DNA of 64,000 nt, from assembly GCA_965248445.1 (NCBI GenBank), contig CBDFJG010000004.1, positions 352,001 through 416,000 on the forward strand, written 5' to 3'. Position 1 is the first letter of the stretch, and every line of letters begins with the position of its first letter. The position numbers and the translations under genes are program-made. Below are positions 57,058 through 64,000 of the stretch, in pieces. The notes under the pieces were generated by a model, which ran no database searches, was not told where the DNA came from, and saw only the letters and a program-made list of their open reading frames with translations. The stretch comes from Planctomycetota bacterium. GTDB lineage: Bacteria > Planctomycetota > JAJSAM01 > JAJVHW01.

Positions 57058-58070
57058 GCTGTGTCCGCGCCGTCTCCGTTGCCCTCGGAGCTGACCACGC
57101 GCGGGGTGCGGCGGCGTGCGTCGACATCGTAGGCATCGACGATCTCCTGGACCAGCGGGTGCCGCACGATGTCCTCGCGCCCTAGGTGGCAGAACGCGAT
57201 GCCCTCCACGTGGGAGAGCCGCTCCTGCGCATCGACGAGACCGCTGCGCTTCCCGCTCGGCAGGTCCGTCTGTGTGACGTCCCCCGTCACGACGATCTTG
57301 CTGCTGCGCCCCATGCGCGTGAGGAACATCTTCATTTGCGCGGCGGTCGTGTTCTGGCCCTCGTCGAGGATGATGAACGCGTTATCAAGCGTGCGCCCGC
57401 GCATGTACGCGAGCGGCACGACCTCGATGACGTCGTTCTCCTGGAAGCGCCGCACCTCGTCGAAGTCGAGGAAGTCCGCGAGCGCGTCGTAGAGCGGGCG
57501 CAGGTAGGGGTTGACCTTCGCCGTGAGGTCGCCGGGTAGGAATCCGAGATGTTCCCCCGCCTCGACCGCCGGACGCACGAGGACCAGCTTGCGGAAGCGG
57601 CCGCGCCGCATCATCCGGATCGCCATGGCGACGGCGAGATACGTCTTCCCCGTGCCCGCCGGACCGATAGCGAACACGATGTCCTTCTGCTGCACGCCGT
57701 GCACGTACGCCGCCTGGTTCGACGTGCGCGGACGGATCGCCGTGTCGTCTCGCGCGCGCAGGATGCGATCCAGCGGTGAGACCTCGGACTCGCCTTCGTC
57801 GCGCAGCCGCCGCAGCTCTGACTCGATCTCCATGGCCGAGATGCTCTCGCCCGCGCGGACGCGCTGGATGAGCTGCTCGAGCACGGAGACGGCCTGCTCG
57901 ACCTCCGCGCGCTCGCCGCTGACCGTCACGGTGCCGCGGCGCGCGTGAACACGCACTCCGAGGAAGCGGCGCAGCAGCCGCAGGGTGCGGTCCTCCTGCC
58001 CGAGGAGCGCACGCTCCTCCTCGGTGTTCTTCAGTCGCAGGACGTGTTCGGCGGGCGCGGCAGGTCTCAT
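57054..58070 (-). CDS. PhoH family ATPase (YbeZ-like)
   Basis: 'GPAGTGKTYLA', 'RPAVEAGE.LGFLPG', 'PLAYMRGRTL', 'DEGQN', 'VTGDVTQ'. Confidence 0.95.
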   Translation of the reverse strand: MRPAAPAEHVLRLKNTEEERALLGQEDRTLRLLRRFLGVRVHARRGTVTVSGERAEVEQAVSVLEQLIQRVRAGESISAMEIESELRRLRDEGESEVSPLDRILRARDDTAIRPRTSNQAAYVHGVQQKDIVFAIGPAGTGKTYLAVAMAIRMMRRGRFRKLVLVRPAVEAGEHLGFLPGDLTAKVNPYLRPLYDALADFLDFDEVRRFQENDVIEVVPLAYMRGRTLDNAFIILDEGQNTTAAQMKMFLTRMGRSSKIVVTGDVTQTDLPSGKRSGLVDAQERLSHVEGIAFCHLGREDIVRHPLVQEIVDAYDVDARRRTPRVVSSEGNGDGADTA

Positions 58071-58087
58071 CGCGTCAGCGTAACTCT

Positions 58088-58981
58088 CTACGCACCACGC
58101 ACAATCAGGAGTTGGACGTAGAGATACGCGAACGGGGCCGCGAGAAGCAGCGCGTCGAGCATGTCGAGCACGCCGCCGATCTCTCCGAAGATGCTCGCGG
58201 TGTCCTTCGCGCCCACGCCACGCTTGAAGTACGACTCGACCAGGTCGCCGCCCTGCCCCGCCAGGTTGACGACCAGCCCGAGCCCCGCCATCAGGCGGGT
58301 TTCCCAGCCGAACCACGTCCCGAGCAGCACGGCGACGGCGACCGAGGCGATCACCGACGCAAGTGCGCCCTCCCATGTCTTCTTGGGCGAGACCCACGAC
58401 AACGGGTGCCGGCCGATCGCGCGGCCCACGAAGTACGCCGCGGAGTCACCGAGCTTCACCGCGGCGACGGACACCAGCACCAGCGCGAGTCCCCGGTCCA
58501 ATCCGTGCTCGGAAGCGGCTCCGGGCACGGTTCCGGTCACGAGGCGAAGTTCGAGCAGGAACGCACCGAGCACGCCGATCCACACGAGCGGCAGAGCGGT
58601 TGCTGCCGTCCGCACGAGGTCGCGCGGTTGCGGCCCCTCGGGCGGTTGCGCGCCCGCGATCGCCAGGGCAACCGGACCCACCGCGCCCAGACCGAGCAGC
58701 ACGGTGAGCGCAGCGCGGCCCTCGTCCGCGGTCAGCCCGAGGTCCGGCGCCAGCGCGCGGATCACCAGACCCGCCACAAGCACGACGACTCCGAGCCCCG
58801 CGTGGCACGCGATCCCGCCGCTCTTGAAGAGCCCGTAGGCCTCGGCCAGCGCGCGCACCAGCAACAGCACGATCAACGCACACGTGGCGTACCGCGTGTC
58901 CGTCAGGACGTCCACGGCTCCGAACCCGATGACCACGGCGCCCAGCGCGAGTCCCGTCGCGACCCGGCGGGCACGGATCAC
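58088..58981 (-). CDS. cdsA: Phosphatidate cytidylyltransferase
   Basis: 'DSAAYFVG', 'VSPKKTWEG', 'GDLVESYFKR...KD...GGVLDMLD'. Confidence 0.93.
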   Translation of the reverse strand: MIRARRVATGLALGAVVIGFGAVDVLTDTRYATCALIVLLLVRALAEAYGLFKSGGIACHAGLGVVVLVAGLVIRALAPDLGLTADEGRAALTVLLGLGAVGPVALAIAGAQPPEGPQPRDLVRTAATALPLVWIGVLGAFLLELRLVTGTVPGAASEHGLDRGLALVLVSVAAVKLGDSAAYFVGRAIGRHPLSWVSPKKTWEGALASVIASVAVAVLLGTWFGWETRLMAGLGLVVNLAGQGGDLVESYFKRGVGAKDTASIFGEIGGVLDMLDALLLAAPFAYLYVQLLIVRGA

Positions 58982-59739
58982 TGGGACACCCGGCCGCCGA
59001 AGCGGCGCTCGCGCGCAGCGAACGAGCGAATCGCATCGAAGAGATGCTCGCGGCGGAACTCCGGCCACAACACGTCCGTCACGTACAGCTCGGCATACGA
59101 GATCTGCCAGAGCAGGAAATTGCTGACGCGCATCTCCCCGGCGGTGCGGATGCACAGATCGACGTCCCGCATCTCCGGGTCGTAGAGCTGAGCGGCGAGC
59201 GCGTCCTCGTCGATCGCATCCGGATCCAGTTCGCCAGCGCGCACGGCGCGGGCCAGCCTGCGCGCCGCGTCCGCCAGTTCCGACCTTCCGCCGTAGTTCA
59301 GCGCGAGCCGCAGCACCATGCCGTCGTTGTCCGCGGAGAGGCGCTCGGTCTCGCGCAGTTCGCCGACCGTCTCCGCGGGCATCTCGTCGATGCGCCCGAT
59401 CGTCGTGAAGCGAATGCCGTTGCGCTCGATCTCCGGACGCTCGTCCACGGCGAATTTGGAGAGCAGGCGCATGAGGTACGACACCTCCTTGCGCGGCCGC
59501 TTCCAGTTCTCGATGCTGAACGCGTAGAGCGTCAGCTCGCGGATGCCGAGCTCCGCTCCGGCGCGCGCGGTGTCGCGCACCGACTCGATCCCGGCGGTGT
59601 GTCCGCGGATCCGTTCCCACCCCGCGCGCCGCGCCCATCGGCCGTTGCCGTCCATGATGATCCCGACCGAAGCCGGGATCTTCTCCGGCGGGACATCCGG
59701 GAGCAGACGCTCCGGGAAGGGCTTCGGAGCACGCGCCAC
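58978..59739 (-). CDS. uppS: Undecaprenyl diphosphate synthase
   Basis: 'IIMDGNGRWA', 'YAFSIENWKRP', 'NYGGR', 'RTAGEMRVSNFLLWQ'. Confidence 0.96.
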   Translation of the reverse strand: MARAPKPFPERLLPDVPPEKIPASVGIIMDGNGRWARRAGWERIRGHTAGIESVRDTARAGAELGIRELTLYAFSIENWKRPRKEVSYLMRLLSKFAVDERPEIERNGIRFTTIGRIDEMPAETVGELRETERLSADNDGMVLRLALNYGGRSELADAARRLARAVRAGELDPDAIDEDALAAQLYDPEMRDVDLCIRTAGEMRVSNFLLWQISYAELYVTDVLWPEFRREHLFDAIRSFAARERRFGGRVSQ

Positions 59740-61044
59740 TCAGCAGGCTCCCGCGACGGAAACTGATCCGCGCATCGGGACGATCTGCTCGCGGCTCGGC
59801 CCGACGGAGACCAGCGACACCGGCGCACCGGCCTGCTCCTCGATGAACTCCACGATGCGGCGTGCGTTCGTGGGCAGGTCCTCGGGGCGGCGACAACCCG
59901 TGATGTCCTCGGAGAAGCCCGGCAGCATCTCGTACACGGCCTTGGCCCGAGCGAGACCTGGCGCGGTCGCCGGAACGCGATCCGTGCGTCCGTCCGGGGT
60001 GTCGTACGCGACACAGATGGGGACCTGCTCGAATCCACTCAGGCAGTCGAGCTTCGTGACGACGAGTTCGTCGATGCCGTTGGACCGCACGCTGTAGCGG
60101 GCCATCGGGGCGTCGAACCAGCCGCACTCGCGCGGGCGGCCCGTCGTGGTTCCATACTCGTGGCCCGCGTCGCGCAGACGCTGGGCGTCGGCGTCGTTCG
60201 CCTTCGCCGGGAACAGGTCGCTGCCGACGCGCGTCATGTACGCCTTCAAGACGCCGATCACGCGGTTGATGGCCTTGGGCGGGATGCCCGTGCCGGACGG
60301 CACTCCCAGCGCACAGGAGTTCGAGCCCGTGACGTATGGATAGCTGCCGAGGTCCACATCGAGCAGCACGCCCTGCGCACCCTCGAAGAGCACGTTCTTG
60401 CCGGCATCGATCGAGTCGTGCAGGAGGCCGACGGCGTCGCCGACGAACGGTTCGAGTCGCTCGGCGTACGCGCGAGCCTGGTCGAAAATCGCCTCCGCGT
60501 CGAGCGGCTCGAGGCCGTAGCTGTCGACGATCAGCCGGTTCTTCTCCTCCACGTTCATCGCGATGCGATCCTGCAGCCACTCTTCCTCGTAGAGATCGCC
60601 GACGCGGATGCCGCGGTAGCTCACCTTGTCCGCGTAGCACGGCCCGATCCCCGACCCGGTGGTGCCGTACTTGCGCGCTCCCGCGAACTTCTCGCGCGTC
60701 GTGTCGAGCAGTTTGTGCCACGGCATCACGACGTGGGCCCGGTCGGACACGACGAGGTTGTCGCCGACGTGGATGCCGCGCTCGATCAGTTGGTCAAGTT
60801 CACGGAAGAGAAGCGGGATCTCGACGACGACGCCGTGCGCCACGACGCAGGTCTTGTCCGGGCGCAAGATGCCCGACGGCACCAGGTGCAGGCGATACGT
60901 CTCGCCCTCGAAGATGACCGTGTGACCGGCGTTCGCGCCGCCCTGGTAGCGCACGACCAGATCGGCGTCGCTCGCGAGGAGGTCGACGACACGGGCCTTG
61001 CCCTCGTCGCCCCACTGCGCCCCAATCACGCACGTCGTCGGCAT
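59740..61044 (-). CDS. purA: Adenylosuccinate synthetase
   Basis: 'QWGDEGK', 'GGANAGHT', 'EGAQG', 'EYGTTTGRPR', 'TKLD'. Confidence 0.98.
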   Translation of the reverse strand: MPTTCVIGAQWGDEGKARVVDLLASDADLVVRYQGGANAGHTVIFEGETYRLHLVPSGILRPDKTCVVAHGVVVEIPLLFRELDQLIERGIHVGDNLVVSDRAHVVMPWHKLLDTTREKFAGARKYGTTGSGIGPCYADKVSYRGIRVGDLYEEEWLQDRIAMNVEEKNRLIVDSYGLEPLDAEAIFDQARAYAERLEPFVGDAVGLLHDSIDAGKNVLFEGAQGVLLDVDLGSYPYVTGSNSCALGVPSGTGIPPKAINRVIGVLKAYMTRVGSDLFPAKANDADAQRLRDAGHEYGTTTGRPRECGWFDAPMARYSVRSNGIDELVVTKLDCLSGFEQVPICVAYDTPDGRTDRVPATAPGLARAKAVYEMLPGFSEDITGCRRPEDLPTNARRIVEFIEEQAGAPVSLVSVGPSREQIVPMRGSVSVAGAC

Positions 61045-61173
61045 CTCGGTCGTCCTTCCCGGCGGCTCCACGCCGCAACGGGAGATTGTGGGCGGGCGAG
61101 AGTCCCGGAGGGCCTTTTTCCGGTCTCGGGGACACGCCCGACCGCGAGGTGCATCCGATAGGCTGGCTCGATC

Positions 61174-61549
61174 GTGAAGGAGCGGCGGATCTGGACTGCG
61201 GCATGCGTCCTGGCGACGCTGGTTACCGGCGTGCTGCTGCTGTCCGGCGACGGCGACCCCGTCCCCGACGACCGGGCGGACGTTGCGGACGCTGCAGCCC
61301 CGGCCCCGCAGCCCGCTCCGGAGGAGGAGCCGGCAAGCGCGTCCGCGTCGATCCAACGGTGCCCGGAGACCACGAACCGGCGTTCACCGACGAGGAGTGG
61401 ATCGTCCGCGTGGTGGACCGGGACGATCAGCCGATCGCGGACGCGCTCGTCTCCTTCGAGAGCGACCTGGCGGACTTTCTGGTGATCACGGACGGCGCGG
61501 GCGAGGTGCGGTTCAGCTTCCAGCCCGCGAGCGTACGGTCGCCCGTTAC
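61174..61549 (+). pseudogene. Frameshifted, truncated remnant of a carboxypeptidase-regulatory-like domain protein
   Basis: TM and Pro-rich linker in one frame; 'VRVVDRDDQPIADALV...TDGAGEVRF' in another; runs head-on into the end of carA. Confidence 0.55.
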
Positions 61550-62695
61550 CTACGCGCGCGTCGCGAGCAGCTCTTCGCGGAAACGGCGGAAAAGGTACAG
61601 GCTGTCGTGCGGGCCCGGGGCGGCTTCGGGGTGGTACTGGACGCACATGACCGGCGCGTCCTTGTGCCGCAGGCCCTCGACCGTTCCGTCGTTCAGGTTC
61701 TTGTGCGTCTCGACGATGTCGCCCTTCTCGAACAGAGCGCGGTCGACGGCAAACCCGTGGTTCTGCGCCGTGATCTCGACCTTGCGCGTTGCCAGGTCCA
61801 TCACCGGGTGATTGCCGCCGTGGTGGCCGAACGGCAGCTTGTACGTCGTGCCGCCGAGCGCCTGACCGATGATCTGGTGGCCCAGGCAGATGCCGAACAG
61901 CGGTACGCCGCGCTCGATCACGTCCTCGGCGAGCTTGCGCGCGTAGTCCAGCACCCCGGGGTCGCCGGGACCGTTCGTGAGGAACACCGCATCGGGGCTC
62001 GTGGCCAGCACCTGGTCCGCAGTGAACTTCGCGGGGACCACTCTGACGCGGAAGCCGACCGACGCGAGATTGCGCAGGATGTTCCGCTTGGCGCCGTAGT
62101 CCACCACGGTGAGGTCGAACACGGGACCCTCGAAGGCGCCGTGCTCCGGCAGGAACTGCGCGGCGCTCACGCCCTCCGTCCACTCGGCCTCGCGGCGCCG
62201 CGTGACCTCTTGCACGAGGTCCCGTCCCTCCATGCGCGGCGCGGCGCGCGCGCGGTCCACAAGCGTGTCTGCGTCGTGTTCCTCGGTCGAGAGCGCGCCG
62301 CGGAGCGACCCCGCTTCACGGAGGATCTTGGTGAGCTTGCGGGTGTCGATGCCCTCGATCGCGACGACATTCGAACGTTCGAGGTACGTGTGCAGGTCCT
62401 CGGTCGCCCGGAAGTTGGAGACGATCGGCGACAACTCGCGGACGACGAAGCCCTCGACCCAGGCGCGGTCCGCCTCCTCGTCCTCGACGTTGACGCCGTA
62501 GTTGCCGATCAGCGGCGCCGTCATGGTGACGATCTGCCCCTTGTACGACGGGTCGGTCAGGATCTCCTGGTAGCCGGTCAGGGACGTGTTGAACACGACC
62601 TCGCCCGACGACTCGCCGCGCGCACCGAAGCCGCGGCCGCGGAACACGGTGCCGTCCTCCAGCGCGAGCAGGGTGGGAACGAGGGCTCTCTTCAT
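61550..62695 (-). CDS. carA: Carbamoyl-phosphate synthase small subunit
   Basis: '[21 protein letters not shown]', 'NGPGDP', 'GICLGHQ', '[10 protein letters not shown]'. Confidence 0.98.
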   Translation of the reverse strand: MKRALVPTLLALEDGTVFRGRGFGARGESSGEVVFNTSLTGYQEILTDPSYKGQIVTMTAPLIGNYGVNVEDEEADRAWVEGFVVRELSPIVSNFRATEDLHTYLERSNVVAIEGIDTRKLTKILREAGSLRGALSTEEHDADTLVDRARAAPRMEGRDLVQEVTRRREAEWTEGVSAAQFLPEHGAFEGPVFDLTVVDYGAKRNILRNLASVGFRVRVVPAKFTADQVLATSPDAVFLTNGPGDPGVLDYARKLAEDVIERGVPLFGICLGHQIIGQALGGTTYKLPFGHHGGNHPVMDLATRKVEITAQNHGFAVDRALFEKGDIVETHKNLNDGTVEGLRHKDAPVMCVQYHPEAAPGPHDSLYLFRRFREELLATRA

Positions 62696-63489
62696 CAGCG
62701 TCCTTCGGCGCGCGCTCCGGTACGTCGCGCGACCAGCGCAGCAAGGTAGCCCGCCCCGAATCCGTTGTCGATGTTCACCACGGCCACTCCCGCGGCGCAC
62801 GAGTTCAGCATCGTGAGAAGCGGCGCGACGCCCTCGAACGACGCGCCGTAGCCCACGCTCGTCGGCACCGCGAACACAGGGGCATCGACCAGCCCCCCCA
62901 CCACGGACGGAAGCGCGCCCTCCATACCGGCGGCGACGACGACGGCGTCCGCCCGCCTTAGGTCCGGCACCACACTCAGCAGCCGGTGCAGTCCCGCCAC
63001 GCCGCAGTCGTAGAGCGCGTCGACCGTTGCCCCCATCACCGTCGCAGTGACACGCGCTTCCTCGGCGACCGGCTCGTCCGCGGTGCCCGCGGAGACGACC
63101 ACCACACGGCCCGTTTCGTCGCGGTCCTCGTCGCGCACAACGTGCGCCGTCCGCGCACGATCTGTCAGAACGACGTCGGGGATCGACTCGCGCAGCGCCC
63201 CGGCCTGGTCGCGGTCGATGCGTGTGACGAGAAGACGCGGACTGCGCGCGAGAATCTCGGCCGCCACCGCGACGACCTGCGCCGGCTTCTTGCCGGGCGC
63301 GTACACGACCTCGGGGAAGCCGCAGCGCAGGGCACGGTGATGGTCGATCCGCGCGAATGGCATCGACGCTCCGTCCGACAACGTCGCGACGTCGAGTCCC
63401 GAGAGACGTTCGGCGGCCTGCGCCGGATCCACGCGTCCGTCACGCACGGCGGCGAGGAGGTCGAGGAGAGCGTCGCGGTCGAGGCTCAT
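62695..63489 (-). CDS. larB: Nickel pincer cofactor biosynthesis protein LarB (PurE-like)
   Basis: '[15 protein letters not shown]', 'SAGTAD', '[11 protein letters not shown]', 'VPTSVGYG', '[10 protein letters not shown]'. Confidence 0.93.
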   Translation of the reverse strand: MSLDRDALLDLLAAVRDGRVDPAQAAERLSGLDVATLSDGASMPFARIDHHRALRCGFPEVVYAPGKKPAQVVAVAAEILARSPRLLVTRIDRDQAGALRESIPDVVLTDRARTAHVVRDEDRDETGRVVVVSAGTADEPVAEEARVTATVMGATVDALYDCGVAGLHRLLSVVPDLRRADAVVVAAGMEGALPSVVGGLVDAPVFAVPTSVGYGASFEGVAPLLTMLNSCAAGVAVVNIDNGFGAGYLAALVARRTGARAEGR

Positions 63490-64000
63490 GCGCGCACTGT
63501 CCCGGAGTGATCGGCACGGATCGGCCGCGGATGGCAGTCGAGCGTCATCGCGTCGCTCTCCCCGGCGCGGAGCCGGAAGTAACCCGACACGGCAACCATG
63601 GCCGCGTTGTCCGTGCAGAGTTCCTTAGGCGGGATGACGACCCGGCAACCGCGCGCAGCGCCCTCCCGCGTTAGTCGTTCGCGCAACTGCGTGTTCGCCG
63701 CGACGCCGCCGCCGAGCACGATCTCGCGCACGCCCGTCTTCCGCACGGCGCGAAGGGTCGTCTTGACGAGCACGTCCACCGCTGCTTTCTGGAACGACGC
63801 CGCCACGTCCGCAACCGGCATCCGGGGAGTGCCCTGGCGCGCCTGCTTGGGACGTGTGTCCTGGCCGAACGCGCGATACAGCACGGCGGTCTTCATCCCC
63901 GAGAACGAGAAGTCGAGGTTGTCCTTGCCCGGCGACGTGCGCGGCAGATCGAGTGCGTCGGGATCTCCGTCCTGCGCGGCGCGTTCGATCGACGGACCAC
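63486..64000 (-). CDS. tsaD: t6A threonylcarbamoyltransferase TsaD, C-terminal part (runs off the right edge)
   Basis: 'DFSFSGMKTAV', 'AASFQ', 'GGGVAAN..LR', 'LCTDNAAM'. Confidence 0.95.
   Translation of the reverse strand, partial: GPSIERAAQDGDPDALDLPRTSPGKDNLDFSFSGMKTAVLYRAFGQDTRPKQARQGTPRMPVADVAASFQKAAVDVLVKTTLRAVRKTGVREIVLGGGVAANTQLRERLTREGAARGCRVVIPPKELCTDNAAMVAVSGYFRLRAGESDAMTLDCHPRPIRADHSGTVRA

Noticed and set aside
58088..60721. 877-aa ORF ending in CdsA
   Set aside because: Off-frame read through purA and uppS in high-GC DNA; cdsA starts at 58981.

Overview
A high-GC bacterial chromosome segment, most consistent with Planctomycetota. This is an inference from the long-insert L28, the prepilin/H-X9-DG-like protein, and the FGE-like, CAP, HEAT and carboxypeptidase-regulatory-like proteins. 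In order, the window holds: the 3' end of boxB; a ccmE-F-H-I-X-A-B-C-D cytochrome c maturation operon whose CcmE has CxxxY (System I*-type); a PduO-type adenosyltransferase; an ECF sigma/FecR anti-sigma pair whose sigma gene is split by a 1532-bp single-ORF IS66 (12-bp TIR, 8-bp TSD); an AhpD/CMD-like gene with an in-frame UGA in a CxxU motif followed by an fdhF-like SECIS hairpin (probable selenoprotein); an avidin-family gene; and a PepSY-poly(Asp)44 / secreted protein / OmpR-RR / HK module with repeated GTTCA-N6-GTTCA boxes. A mobile region at about 26.9-38.7 kb contains a second IS66 with a tandem 295-bp tail, a three-gene island encoding a secreted ~900-aa PGRS-like glycine-rich protein plus two anchored beta-sandwich proteins, an IS66 end fragment, and an integrase/excisionase prophage-like remnant. 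After it come FHA/CAP and FHA-GAF-sigma54 signalling genes, arsR-arsI, a UvrD/PcrA helicase, a HEAT-cyclophilin, rpmB, a Ser/Thr kinase, and the housekeeping run ybeY-phoH-cdsA-uppS-purA-carA-larB-tsaD. Three isolated frameshifts may be assembly errors. I saw no rRNA, tRNA or CRISPR array. All calls come from reading motifs by eye; no database searches were run.
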